From: Squalus acanthias
Taxonomy: Eukaryota
Reading direction: 5' to 3'
Length of the DNA: 64,000 nt
NCBI GenBank assembly: GCA_030390025.1
Contig: CM059432.1
Coordinates: 51,958,001-52,022,000 of the forward strand
In this document: positions 22,357 through 35,701 of the stretch, piece by piece
Position numbering within the stretch: position 1 is the first letter of the stretch
Layout of the letters: every line of letters begins with the position of its first letter
Made by a program: the position numbers and the translations under genes
Notes under the pieces: model-generated
Told to the model about the DNA's origin: nothing
The model's database searches: none
Seen by the model: the letters and a program-made list of their open reading frames with translations, nothing else

Positions 22357-24512
22357 TCATAGAATCATTGAATGGATACAGCATGGAAGAAGGCCATTCG
22401 GCCCGTCAAGCCTGTGCCGACTCTCAGCTCGTCCCACTCCCCCGCCCTTTCCCTGTAGCCCTGCAATTTTTTTTCCTTTAGATACTTATCCAACTCCCTT
22501 TTGAAAGAAAAGATTGTGTCTGCCTCCACCACCCTTTCAGGCAGTGCATTCCAGATCTTTACCACTCGCTGTGTAAAACATTTTTTCTTATGTCGCCTTT
22601 GGTTCTTTTGCCAATCACCTTAAATCTGTGTCCTCTGGTTCTCGACCCTTCTGCCAATGGGAACAGTTTCTCTCTATCTACCCTGTCCAGACCCCTCATG
22701 ATTTTGAACACTTCTATCAAATCTCCTCTCAATCTTCTCTGCTCCAAGGAGAACAACCCCAGCTTCTCCAGTCTATCAACGTAACTGAAGTCCCTCATTC
22801 CTGGAATCATTCTCATAAATCTTTTCTGCACCCTCTCTAAGGCCTTCACATCCTTGCTAAAGTATGGTGCCCAGAATTGGATACAATACTCCAGTTGGGG
22901 CTGAACCAGTGTTTTATACAGGTTTATCATAATTTCCACACTTTTGTACTCTATACCTCTATTTATGAAGCCCAGGATCCCGTAAGCCTTTTTAACTGCT
23001 TTCTCAACCTGCCCTGCCACCTTCAATGGTTTGTGCACACATAGCCCCAGGTCTCTCTGTTTGTGCACCCCCTTTAGGATTGTACTATTTAGTTTATATT
23101 GCCTCTCCTCATTCTTCCTACCAAAATATATCACTTCACACTTTTCTGCATTAAATTCCATATGCCGCGTTTCCGCCCATTTCATCAGCCTGTCTATGTC
23201 TTCTTGAAGTCTATCACTATCCTCCTCACTGTTCACTATACTTCCAAGCTTTGTGTCATCTGCAAATTTTGAAATTGTGCCTTGTACACCCAAGTCCAAG
23301 TCATTAATATATATCAAGAAAAGCAGTGGTCCTAGAACACAGCCCTGGGGAACACCACTGTATACCTTCCTCCAGTCCTGAAAAACAACCGTTCACCACT
23401 ACTCTCTGTCACTTAGCCAATTTCGTATCCAGGCTGCCACTGTCCCTTTTAGTCCATGGGCTTCAACTTTGCTGGCGAACCTATTACGTGGCACTTTGTC
23501 GAACGCCTTTCGGAAATCCATGTACACTACGTCAACCACATTACCTTCATCAACCCTCTCTGTTACCTCATCAAAAAACTCAATCAAGTTGGTTAAACAC
23601 GATTTGCCTTTAACAAATCTGTGCTGGCTTTCCTTAATTAATCCACCCCTAGCCAAGTGACTGTTGATTTTGTCCCTGATTACTGTTTCTAAAAGCTTCC
23701 CCACTACTGAGGTTAAACTGACTGGCCTGTAGTTGCTGGGTTTATCTTTACACCTTTTATGTTGGCTGCCATTCTATTCTCATATCCTCTCTGCCCCTCT
23801 TATTTTCTTTTTCACTTCTCCTCTGACCTTTCTATATTCAGCCTGATTCTCAGATGTATTTGCAACCTGACATCTGTCATAGGCGCTCTTTTTCTGCTTC
23901 ATCATATTCTCTATCTGTTTCGTCATCCAAGGAGCCCTGACTTTAGTTGCCATTCCCCCTAGTGGGAATGTACCTCAACTGTACCTGAACTATTTCCTCT
24001 TTACAGCCCATTGTTCCACTACAGTTTTGCCTGCCAATCTTTGATTCCAGTTTACTCGGGCCAGATCCGTTCTCATCCCACTAAAATTGGCCTTCCCCCA
24101 GTTAAACATTTTTACTCTAGATTGCTTCCTGCCCCTTTCCATAGCTAATCTAAACCTATGATATTATGATCACTGTTCCCTAAATGTTCACCTACTGACA
24201 CTTGCTCCACTTGACCTACCTCATTCCCCAGAACCAGATCCAGCAATGCCTCCTCCCTCGTCGAGCCGGAAACATACTGATCAAGAAAGTTCTCCTGAAC
24301 ACACTTCAGAAATTCTTCCCCTTCTCTGCCCTTAACACTATTACAATCCCAGTCTATATTAGGATATTTGAAGTCCCCCATTATTACTACTCTATAGTTC
24401 TTGCACCTCTCTGTAATTTCTCTGCAGATTTGCTCCTCCATATCTTTACCACTATTTGGTGGCCTATAGAATACACCTATTAATGTAATGGCACCTCTAT
24501 TATTTCTTAACT
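22357..24512 (-). mobile_element. CR1 LINE (internally deleted) nested in the older CR1
   Basis: APE fragment (GVFYRPPNS, IMGDF, LLDLVLGN), RT ([18 protein letters not shown]), C-terminus and attctatga tail. Confidence 0.9.
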
Positions 24513-26717
24513 CCTCTACAACCTTTCTAAGTCCTTTACATCTTTCCTGAAGTGTGGTGCCCAGAATTGTCCACAATACTCCAGCTGAAGTCTAACCAGT
24601 GATTTATAAAGTTCTAGCATGATCTCTTTGCTTTTATATTCTATTCCTCTATTTATAAACACAAGTAATCCATATGCTTTTTTAACCACCTTGCCCTGCC
24701 ACCTTTAAGAATTTATGTATATGGACACCAAGGTCTCTCTGCCCATCTACACTTTTCAAAATTGTGTCATATAATGTTTATTGTCTTTCTATATTAGTCC
24801 TCCCAAAGTGCATCACTTCACACTCCTTCACATTGAACTCCATCTGCTATGCTTCTGCCCATTTCACCATCCTGTCTGTGTCATCCTGAAGCCTAGAACT
24901 ATCCTCATCACTATCTACGACTTTGCCAAGTTTCATATCATCGGCAAACTTTATAATGTTGCTCCCTACACCCGAGTCTAGGTCATTTATAAAAATTGCA
25001 AAGAGTAATGAACCCAAAACTGACCCTTGGGGAACCATTGCAAACCACCTCCCAGCCTGAAAAACATCCATCCACCACCACCCTTTGCTTCCTGTCATTG
25101 AGCCAATTTTGTATCCATACCGCCACTTTCCCCTTAATTCCATGAGCTTCCATCTTCTTAATAAGCCTCCTGTGTGGCATTTTGTCGAATGCCTTCTGAA
25201 AGTCCATATATACAACATCTACTGCACTACCTTGATCAACCTTCTCTGCTACCTCATCAATGAATTCGATCAAGTTAGTCAGACACAATTTGCCTTTAAC
25301 AAATCCATGCTGGTTCTCCTTGATTAACCCATGCCTTTCCAAATGAAAGTTTATTTTGTCCCTGATAATGGTTTCCAATAACTTCCCCACCACCGATGTT
25401 AGGCTGACTGGCCTGTAGTTTCCTGGTTTATCCCTCTCCCCTTTCTTGAATAGTGGTATAACATTAGCAACCCTTCAGTCCTCTGGCACTACTCCTGTAT
25501 CCAATGAGGATTGAAAGATTGTGACCAATGCCTCTGCTATTTCTACCTTTGCTTCTTTCAGCAACCTAGGATGCATTCCATCTGGACCAGGTAATTTACC
25601 AGCTTTCAGTGATGCTAATCTTTTTAGTATGTCTTCTCTATCTATTACTATCCTGTCCATAACTTCCTTCTCCTCTTTTAGTGTAACCTTCACATCATCC
25701 ATTTCCTTTGTGAAGATAGATGCAAAGTACTCATTTAATACTTTAGCCATGTCCTCTGCCTCGACTTGAAGATTTCCCTTTGGGTCCTTAATAGACCCAA
25801 CATTTTCCCCTAGCTAACCGCATAAAATGTTTTAGGGTTCACTTTAATGGTGCCTGCTAATCTTTTCTCGTAACCTCTCTTTGCCTCCCGTATTAACTTT
25901 TTCAATTCCCTCCTGTACTTTCCATAATCTTCCTGGTTATTTACTGAATCTTGCTCCTGACATTTGCCATAAGCCTCCTTTTACTGTTTTATTTTAACTT
26001 TTATTTTCTTTGTCCTCCAGGGCGCATATGCTTTGAATGTTCTACATTTTCCCTTCAAAGGAATATACCTAGTTTGCACCTGAACTATCTTTTCCCTGAA
26101 TGCCCTCCATTGCTCTGTTACTGCTTTACCCTGCAATCGCCTTTTCCAATCTACCTGTGCTAGGTCCCTTCTTAAATCACTGAAATTAGCTCTTCCCCAG
26201 TGGAGCATTTTTACCTTCGATATTTTCTGGACTCTTTCCATCATTTTTTAAACCAAATTATGGTGTGGTCACTGTTAGCTAGATGATCTACTGTAACACA
26301 CTCCACTTGCCCTACTTCATTTGCCAGAACCAGATCCAATACTGCTCCTTCCTTGTTGGACTGGAGACATATTGATCGAGATAGTTCTGTACACATATCA
26401 GAAATTCCTCTCCTTTCCTACCCTGAGCGCTATGTTTTTCAATCTATATTAGGGTAATTATAGTCTCCGAATATTACTACTCTATTTTTGTTACACGCCT
26501 TTGAAATTACCTCATCCAACTCCTTCTCACTGTTTGGCGCTCTATAAAAAACTCCCAACAATGTAACAGCTCCCCCTCTGTTCCTCAACTCAAGCCAAAT
26601 AGATTCAGTCCAAGAACCATCTAGTTTCTCCTTCCTATTTAGAACTGGAACATCATCCTTAATCAATACTGCCACACCCCTTCCTCTTTTTCCTTCTCTA
26701 TCATTCCTGAATACCAT
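24511..26717 (-). mobile_element. Host CR1, APE to RT part
   Basis: FRNDREGKRGRGVAVLIK, IFGDYNYP, MAKVLNEYFASIFT, DFQKAFDKMPH, KFADDMKL, with multiple frameshifts. Confidence 0.9.
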
Positions 26718-27187
26718 AAGAATGACCTTCTGTTGACCTTCACACAGCTCTCAATATTATTACAGAGCACTTTCACAACACTGATCATTTACACAGGTAT
26801 CCCATAACAATGTAAAATGTCTCAAAGTGCAGGCTGGTGTACTGAGTCACAAGTTTTTTCAACGTCAGCAAAGAGAAACAGGTTTCTGCAGTTCATTGCA
26901 TTGGTCAATGGCAGATCTGAGAATAAAGATCTGGGTCTGTGCCAAACCTTCCTTATCAAAAGTCTGCTTATTCCTACTTGTGCATAGCAGATTATCAAGT
27001 GTGCTTATAAAATGTGCCAAGTTAATCATTCATAACACTTTTCCCAGGGCATATGTTAACATTATGCTTCTTCAATACTTGCACCTGTTGAATCCATTAT
27101 TAAGTACTCCATCAAATTACTTAAATCAAAACAAAGATTCTAAAAGATAAACATTTTAAATAAAGGCCTTGAAATGTTAAAACTTAT

Positions 27188-29218
27188 GGGGGAGAAATTC
27201 GGTATAGCCCCGTTTAAGGTGCTAATTAGGGCTAGAAATTGGGCTCCTTTGCGCCTCCCATTAGCACCTCCGGGGGGCACTAATGGGGTGCAAATGGGTT
27301 TGCAACCAGGTACAGCGATATCAACGCCTCACGCTAAATTCGGTGGGAGTTTTGCGGCGGCGGTAAGACATTGCGGCCCGATCTCCTGCACCCGGAGATC
27401 GTGACATCATTGCCGTGCGTAGTGCCCCGGTTGCGCCCCGGATGAAAAATTTCCTCTCGCCCCCTGCTTGTGCGCCTGCCGTTAACGACAGGTAGAGGAG
27501 GCGGCTTTCAGTCAGATGTCCGCTGGAGGAGCGCTATTTAAAGGCGTCCACATCCGGTTTAGTTTTCGTCTGCCAACAATGCTGCTTTGTTAATTTCACA
27601 TAGGCAAAGTGGCCTTTTGACCGATTTGCACGTTTTGCATTTCAATGAGTGTTCTGGCACATAAAGATTATTGAGTTTCATTGAGGGGAGATTTGAAAGT
27701 GCAATATTTGTATCCTTTGTATCCTTTCATGGGGGCACTGGACCTCGCCCTCCAGTGTCAACATTGGAGGCAACTGAGGCACAGAGAAAGAGTGCAAAAT
27801 GTGGCCAGAGATAGGAGGGCCAACAGGGCTCTCAACAGGAGGATTAACCACCCAGAGTATTCCAGCAGCAGTTCTCCTACATGAATTTCACTGAGGACCA
27901 GTGTGTTAGAAGGCTCTGCTTCAGCAAGGATGTGGTCACAGAGCTCTGCCACCTCCTGCAGCCAGACCTCGAGCCTCAGATCAGGATCACCACGGCTCTC
28001 TCAGTGGCAGTCAAGGTCACCGTCGCCCTCAATTTTTACGCCAGCGGATCATTCCAGTGTGCGACAGGCGACATCTCCAACATCTCCCAGTTTGCCGTCC
28101 ATTGCTCCATCCACCAGGTCACAGATGCTCTGTACAGAAGGAGAAGGGACTACATTTCCTTCCCCATGACCAGAGAGAAACAGCGCGAGCGTGCATGTGG
28201 CTTTGCCAGGATAGCGGGCTCCCCCATGGTTCAGGGCACCATTGACTGCACCCACGTCACTTTGCGGGCACCTCATAACAATTCTGAGATATTCCATAAC
28301 CGCAAAGGCTACCTCTCAGTTAATGTACAATTGGTGTGCGACCACACACAGCGAATCCTCACCATCAAAGCCTGCTATCCTGGCAGCAGCCACGATGCCT
28401 TCAACCTGTGCCAAACTGGTGCACCAGATCTGTTCCAACCACCACATCAAGCTCGCGGCTGGCTGCTGGGAGACAAGGGCTATCCGCTCTCCACCTGGCT
28501 CATGACTCCCCTCCGCAACCTCAACACTTGTGCCCAGCACTCATATAATGACAGCCAGGGAACTTAGGACGCTAACCTCTGAGAGCGGGACGCTACCGGC
28601 AGAGTGATAAAGAAGGTCCTGCGCAGTCCAAACGGCACTCTTTAATCACACAGGCTGCATCCATCTCTTAAAGGGAAGGGCCAATCACGCTGTAGCACCT
28701 CATAGTCATCAGTGGTGTTTTTCAATGTGACCTGGTCGACTGCCATTGCAGCCCCCAGCACTTTCAGAAAGTGCAGCATTTGGAGATGTTTGAGGAAAAG
28801 GTGTAAAAAATTTGCGCAGGCAGCAGACTGGTGTAAGTAATAAATGGTGCAATCACTGAAAGCGCCTTTTTCGCGATGTTCAAGCGACATGGAAGCATTC
28901 CCTTTAATTACCGCTCCTGCAGTGCACTTCCGAGTGCACAACGCCTCCTCTCACTGGCGTTGTAGGCACGAGGCACTAAAGCAGGGGCGAAAGGCAATTT
29001 TGCATCGGGTCCGTTAACGGGGCGTTGCACACGCATTGACGTCACCATGTGAGAGGCGCTAGCGGCCTAGGCGCTAACAGTTAGCGCCAGCGCTAATTCA
29101 CCATTGAAGGTCACGTGCAGCATTGGATTTGCCGCGGCCGGGCGCTAACCCCTTAGCACCCCGTTAGTGCCCCCGCCAGGCACTAACGGGAGTCACTAAC
29201 CTACCAAATTTCGCGGCC
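27188..29218 (+). mobile_element. Internally deleted PIF/Harbinger transposon
   Basis: Ends gggggagaaatt / aatttcgcggcc and exact TSD tat (27185-27187, 29219-29221). Carries a truncated transposase; the Myb-like gene is deleted. Confidence 0.9.
27729..28567 (+). pseudogene. Harbinger (HARBI1-like DDE) transposase, frameshifted and 3'-truncated
   Basis: VKVTVALNFYASGSFQ, GTIDCTHV, NRKGYLSVNVQLVCD, YPGSSHDAF, LLGDKGYPL. Frameshift near 27845; the catalytic Glu region is missing. Confidence 0.92.
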
Positions 29219-29714
29219 TATGCCTCTTTTCCTCCAGTTTTCTCCCATTATGCATTGTCTCCTGGATGCAGTGATTGCTATTGTACACTTCCACAATAAC
29301 TAATATTTAGACCTAAATTAAATAATGTATCAATGTTATTTTCAAGAAATTATTGTTTTTAGAAAAGTTAAGTCTCACTTGATTCGACAGTTATTTTCAT
29401 GTGAAAAAAGTCATTGCATTTGAATTCTATATGTCTATTTATTTGAGCACTGACATGCTAGTAGTTTAATACAAGCATTAGTTTTAACAGTAAAACCTTT
29501 ATTTCCTGCCTCTTCTAATCAGATTTTCCGGCTCAGTAAGCTATGTAAAGCAGCTTGATGATTTTTCCCAACATTGTGTTCATTGAATGATAAAAAAAAA
29601 AATTTTACTCAAAAGGATGATTTGGTCAGAGATATTACAGAACAGATTATTAGATTTAAACCATTTTACAAATGAACAAATGGAAATTCTAAAAGCATTA
29701 AAAGAATATCCTTA

Positions 29715-30470
29715 AATCAAAACAGGAAATGCTTGAAATACTCAACAGGTCAAACAGCATCTGTGGAGAGAGAAACAGAGTTAATGTTTCAGGTCAATGA
29801 CCTTTCAGCAGAACTGGAAAAAATTAGAGATGTAACAGGTTTTAACCAAGTGCAGAGGCAGGGTATGGTTGGGGGGTGGGGGGGGGGGGGCAGGAAAGAA
29901 CAAAGGTAGGTGATAGGATGATGGTGCAAGGCAAAAGGGGGTGGTAATGGGACAAGTAAAGAATCAAAAGATTGGTCCAGAGGAGGTGTAAATGGTTCCA
30001 GCAAAATAGCAGAGGGGGATGGAAATATGAAAAATATGGCAAGGAGGAGAAGGCTCCAGTGGCCCGAGAATTTGGCAGAGAAAGGTGGGTAGACACCAGG
30101 GGTGTGGACAACCCCACTGGCCATGTACTGATTGAACCAGCCCATACCTCCCACTCCCAGTGGCTCTGGTACAACCATCCTCCAATACCAGCACATGCTG
30201 TCTGAGAAAATGGGAGCGTTAGTTACGATCTAAAGTTGTTAAACTCGATGTTAAGGCTGGAAGGCTGTAAAGTGCCTGATAGAAAGATGAGGTGCTGTTG
30301 TTGTTGTTGTAGGAAGCCAAGGTCATAGTGGGAGGGGGATGGACAATTAAAGTGGCAAGCACCTGGAATCTCAGGGTCATGCTCGAGGACTGAACCGAGA
30401 TGCTCAGCAAAGCAATCCCCCAATCTACGGTTGATCTTCCCAATGTAGAGGAGGCCAAAAATAACATCCT
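29715..30470 (-). mobile_element. Penelope-like element 3' remnant (GIY-YIG fragment, pLTR, degenerate hammerhead)
   Basis: LLYIGKINRRLGDCFAEHLGSV...ACHFN...LIFLSGTLQPSSLNIEFNNFR. Hammerhead-like gtt CTGCTGA aaggtcattgacct GAAA ca TT aac at 29780-29814. Confidence 0.85.
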
Positions 30471-30479
30471 CATTGCCTC

Positions 30480-30760
30480 TTTTGGCCTCCTTCCTCACTT
30501 CCATTCTTGAAGATTTATGCTGGGCTACAATTCCACAGGGAACAGTAACCCTTTGGTACCTCACTGAAACAGCCAGCCATCATGCTTGAACTTGGACAAT
30601 ATGGAAGAAAGCACCACAACTGAGCCAACTCCTAGCCTAACCCAATATCCACATATGCACATTTTTAATAAAAGGTCACTGGATAGTGGTTAGGAGTAGG
30701 ATGCTGTTTCCCCCAACCTGGGGACACCAAGATTACCTAACTTGACCAAGAGTCCAACGT
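30480..30760 (-). mobile_element. Old tRNA-SINE family copy (degraded)
   Basis: Shares ggtcactggata...aggag and the flanking blocks with 61045-61428 and the reverse complement of 49450-49790. Confidence 0.45.
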
Positions 30761-31552
30761 ACCATTGTATTTTGGAGGCAAAAGTGATGTTGATTCGACT
30801 TGGTAGACTGGAGGCGAGGAGCGATGTGAGGCCCAGGCCATTTTAACACCCGGGTCTCATTTCAATAAGTTACGGCTGACTCCCGCCTGAACCCAGCATC
30901 AATGATGTGGCACCAGCGGGTGAGTACGGCATGAGGTCACCGCCGGGGACCAAGAGAAACCTGGGCCTCATAGACCAGCTTCCAGTTTGCTTTTGTAATT
31001 TGCCCTCATTGTGGTATATTTTCTGCTTTTAGAAAGAAAGATTTTAATCTCCTCAATTTTTTGTAGAATTAAACCATAGCAAATTGAAATAACGAGGTCA
31101 ATTTTCTCAGATTGCCCTCCCAATGTAAAATCTCATTCAAAGGGGGAGAAATTCAATTTTGTTTCGCCCATTTTTGGGGGCAAGACATTAAGGTTGGAGG
31201 GATAAACTTCGGGTCATGATCTTTGCAATGGGACTCAAGCTAAGGTCTTTGGATGCTCGTTCGCATCACGCCATCTATTTCTCCCTCAATGAAAACACAG
31301 ATTGGAGAACTGGTCAGAAAGGTCAGCATCTTCAATTCACTGTGTTCTTAATTTATTTGGAAGAAGCTTCGAAAAATGTTTCACAATCTCGAGCAGAGCA
31401 CCAATGTAAGAGGATGACCATGTGCGGAAAGTAAATTATAAAATAATTTCTACGGAGAAAGGTGGGAAATTATGAATGAATAAGTAATTGTTGCAGCAGC
31501 TTTTCTAAAATTGTTGGTGAAAGGTACATGTAGAGAGCAAATTGAGATAAAT

Positions 31553-31642
31553 CTCTTTGCACAGACGCTGCCTGACCTGCTGCGCGTTTGCCAGCATTTT
31601 CTGTTTTTATTTCAGATTTCCAGCATCTGCAGTATTTTGCTT
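31553..31642 (+). mobile_element. Short Penelope-derived tail insertion
   Basis: cacagacgctgcctgacctgctg...ttttatttcagatttccagcatctgcagtattttgc, flanked by 11-bp TSD ttgagataaat (31542-31552, 31643-31653). Confidence 0.85.
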
Positions 31643-32027
31643 TTGAGATAAATGATCCTTTGCATAACTGAAACTGATTTTTTTTAATACAGGAAAGCTT
31701 GTATTTGTGGAGGAAATTTAAATGGCTTTGTTTTTCACACAAATGAAAGAGGAAAAGTATGAATGATTATCCGATACTAAAAGGCCACTTTCTTCAATTA
31801 TGTTAAAGGAGACAGAGCTAAAACAGTCACATGTTACTTTGTTCTACAAATGAAATATTTATGATGAATTTATGAATCCTTGACGTTCTTATGTCCTAGA
31901 CAAAATTAGCATAACAATGTCAGAGCAAGCGCTACAACAGCTGGCAAACCTAACTAAAAAAAATGTTGCTTCCACGGGAAATCTGGTTCATGCAATTTAT
32001 TGGCAGGGAGACATTCCTAGGCACTGA
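31553..32027 (+). repeat. Local duplication, copy 1 (matches 53258-53752)
   Basis: About 480 bp of colinear match, including ~385 bp of otherwise unique AT-rich DNA, with independent short indels in each copy. Confidence 0.95.
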
Positions 32028-32077
32028 GCTGCTTGAGATTGGAGGGCTGTGCTTTTTGAGATTGGAGGGCTGTGTAT

Positions 32078-33104
32078 ACATAAGAACATAAGAAATAGGA
32101 GCTGGAGTAGGCCATTTGGCCCTTTGAGCCTGCTCCGCTATTCAACAAGATCATGGCTGATCTTCCACTTCAACTCCACTATCCCCATATCCCTTAATTC
32201 CCTTAGTTCCCAAAAATTTATCGACCTCTGTCTTGATTATACTCAACGACTGAGCATCCACAGCTCTCTGGGGTAGAGAATTCCAAAGATTCACCAGCCT
32301 CTGAGTAAAGAAAAATCTCCGCATCTCAGTCCTAAATGGCCAACCCCTTATTCTGTGACTGTGACCCCGTGTTCTAGATTCCCCAGCCAGGGAAACATTT
32401 TCCCAGCATTAACCCTGTCAAGCCCCTTAAGAATTTTATACATTTCAATTAGATCACCTCTCATTCTTCTAAATTCTAGGGAATATAGGCCTAGTCTACT
32501 CAATCTCTCCTCATAGGGCAATCCCCTCATCCCAGGAACCAGTCTAGTGAAACTTTGTTGCACTCCCTCTATGGCAAGTATATCTTTCCTTAGGTAAGGA
32601 GACCAGAACTGTACACAGTACTCCAGGTGTGGCCTCACCAATGCCCTGTATAATTGTAGTAAGACTTCTTTACTCTTACACTCTAATCCCTTTGTAACAA
32701 AAGCTAACCTACCATTTGCTTTCTTAATTGCTTGCTGTACCTGTATGTTAACATTCTGTGAGTCATGTACAAGGACACCCAGGTCCCTCTGAGTGCAAAC
32801 ATTTCCCAGTCTCTCACCATTCAAAAAATATTCTGCTTTTTTTTCCCCTACCAAAGTGGATAACTTCACACTTCCCCGCATTGTATTCCATTTGCCATGT
32901 TCTTGCCCACTCAGTCAACCTGTCTATATCTCTCTGTGTCCTCTTCACAGCTTACTTTCCCACCTAACTTTGTATCATCAGCAAACTTGGATACGTTACA
33001 CTCAGTCCCTTCATCTAAGTCATTAATATAGATTGTAAATAGCTGAGGCCCAAGCACTGATCCTTGCGGTACCCCGCTAGTTACAGCCTGCCAAGCTGAA
33101 AAAG
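32078..33104 (-). mobile_element. CR1 family A, 3' part of an element split over 32078-42480
   Basis: [37 protein letters not shown], and the acataagaacataaga tail. Confidence 0.92.
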
Positions 33105-33854
33105 GGAAGATTGGAAAATTATGGCAAGCCTTTCCGCTATCTCCTCCCCCAATTCCCTTAGCAACCTGGGATGCAAGCCAGCTGGACCAGGCGACTTGTC
33201 CACTCTAAGCATACCCAGCCTTTCTAGTACATCCTGTCTATCAATTTTCACCCCTTCCATTGCTTCTAACTTTTCCACTTCTACCGATATTTTGTCAGCA
33301 TCCACCTCCTTAGTAAACACCGATACAAAGTACTCATTGAGTATTCTAGCCTTGCCCTGCGCCTCTAAGCATATATCACCTTCTTTGTTTCTAATAGGCC
33401 CCACCCCGCCTCTTACTACCCGCTTACTGTTTACATGCCGGTAGAAGATTTTTGGGTTCCCTTTTATGTTAACCGCCATTCTACTCTCATATTCTCTCTT
33501 TGCCAATCTTATTTTCATCTTCACATGCCCTCTCAACTTATTGTATTTGGTCTGGTTCTCCCTTGAAGAATTCACCTGACATGTATCATACACCCTCTTT
33601 TTTTGTTTCATCATCTTCTCTATCTCCCTTGTCATCCAAGGAGCCCTTGCTTTGGTTCCCATACTCTTCCCTCTTGTTGGAATGTACCTAGCGTGTACTT
33701 GGAACATCTCCTCCTTAAAGATCACCCATTGTTCCGTTACAGTTTTTCCTGTCAGTCTTTGGTTCCATTTTACCCTGGCTAGATCCTTTCGCATCCCATT
33801 GAAGTTAGCCCTATTCCAGTTTAGAAGTTCCACTCTAGATTGTTCCTTGCTCCT
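33105..33854 (-). mobile_element. Internal fragment of another CR1 subfamily, without a tail
   Basis: KEQSRVELLNWNRANF...NPKIFYRHV...[14 protein letters not shown]...IIFQSS. Confidence 0.85.
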
Positions 33855-34436
33855 CGTCAGGTCCAGGGGATTTGTCGCCACTTAGTCCCATTAACTTCTC
33901 CAGTACTATCGGGAAAAAATAAGTCCCCTGAGCACCTCCCGTTAGTGCCACCAGATGGTGCTGGCACTAACCGTCAGCGGGGCGCTAGAGCAGTATCACC
34001 GGGATGAGACAAATCCAGCGGTGCACGCCAAATCCCACCCCCAGCCTCACCCCCCATAGCGACGGCACTAAGAGTTATTGCCGGGAACGTCAACGCCAGG
34101 TGGATTGTGATGTCAGTGAGTGTGCAATGCTCACTGACTGCCCGATCTGCTAAATTGATTATCGCCACCTACCTTAGCGCCTGGAGTAAACACCGACAGG
34201 GAGAGCTGGCGTGAAGCACCAGGAAGCCGGCTCCAGGGACATTATTTAAAGGGATCATCAGTAATGACTTGCAGCTGTCAGATTAGTGCAGTTTCAGTGG
34301 TTTCTTGTCAGTTTCACATACTCCAACAGTTTCATTCAGTAATTTCAAGGTTCTTTTTTATCGGGAGTCTTGTGGCAACTAAAAAGTAGCTACATTTATT
34401 CCTCAAAGAACCAAACTGCTACACTTGTTAACATTA

Positions 34437-35536
34437 ATGGGGCTGTACTAGCAGTCGGCCTCGCCCTCCACGATCTACGGCTGAGGGAGCAGAGGCAGCG
34501 AGAAAGATTGGATCATGTGCCCAGAGGGAGGAGGATTGCCAGCAGGGCTCTCAGCAGGTGACCTTACCCTCCGAGGGTATTCTGAGAGCACTTTTCCTAC
34601 CTCCAATTAAGTGAGGAGCAGTGTATTAGGAGGCTCCACTTCACCAAGGAGGTGGTCACAGAACTCTGCCACCTCCTGCAACCAGACCTCCAGCCTCAGA
34701 CCAGGGCGACCACGGCACTCCCAGTGGCAGTCAAGGTCACCGTCGCCCTCAATTTCTTCACCAATGCATCCTTCCAGTCTGCAACAGAAGACATAGCCAA
34801 CATCACTGCATCCGGGAGGTCACAGAGGCTCTCTACAGTAGGAGAAGGGATTACATTTCCTTCCCCATCACAAGAGAGAAGCAGATCGAGTGTGCATGTG
34901 GCTTTGCCGGGATAGCAGGATTCCCCATGGTGCAGGGCGCTACTGACTGCACCCACGTGGCACCCACATAGCAATCCTGAGATCTTCCGTAACCGCAAAG
35001 GCTACCACTCACTTAATATGCAGTTGGTGTGCGACCACAGCAAGCGAGTCCTCAATGTCAATGCCCGCTATCCTGGCAGCAGCCATGATGCCATCATCCT
35101 GCGCCAGATTGGTGTGCCCGCACTCTTCCAGCCATCACGTCAAGCTCGCGGCTGGCTGCTCGAAGACAAGGGCTATCCGCTCTCCAGATGGCTCATGACT
35201 CCCCTCCGCAACCCCACCAGGAATATCATCGAGCTGAAGCAACGGTTCCACTGCCTTGACCGCTCGGGAGGAGCCCTCCAGTACTCGGCTGAGTGGGTGT
35301 CCCATTTCATCGTGGTCTGCTGCATGCTCCACAACTTGGCCAGCATGAGGGCCCAGCCCTTGCCACCAGGGATTGCGGGACCACCTCAGGAGGAGGAGGA
35401 GGAGGAGCATGAGGAGGAAGAGGAAGACAAGGAAGACGAGGAGGAGAAGGAACAGGAGCGAGGGAGTAGACAGCTACTCAGTCGGCCTTCCGGAAGGGCG
35501 ATCCATGATCGTCTCATCAGACTGCTGTTCGAATGA
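34437..35536 (+). pseudogene. Harbinger transposase pseudogene
   Basis: VKVTVALNFF, TDCTHV, NARYPGSSHDA, LLEDKGYPL, TRNIIE, LKQRFHCLDRSGG, CCMLHNLA and an acidic tail. Several deletions and stops. Confidence 0.9.
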
Positions 35537-35701
35537 ATTAAATCCCAGATCCCCGTTGCTCACCACATCCCCATCATTCCATCCCTGTCGCAGGCCATGT
35601 CACAGCACAAAGCTGAAATGAGACACACCACAAAAGAATCCAAATTGAATTAATAAATTTATCAAAAATCAGTGAACACATATTTACACCAAAAATATTA
35701 A

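Noticed and set aside
26840..27110. AP-1, NFI, GATA and HNF1-like motif cluster as an enhancer
   Set aside because: Short motifs in AT-rich DNA; cannot be supported without conservation or chromatin data.
27881..28567. Host HARBI1 gene
   Set aside because: Lies between TIRs with a TSD, and is frameshifted and truncated. It is a transposon copy, not the domesticated gene.
29495..29541. 13-nt micro-exon (ag|attttccggctca|gtaagc)
   Set aside because: Not frame-preserving, no gene context, and expected by chance.
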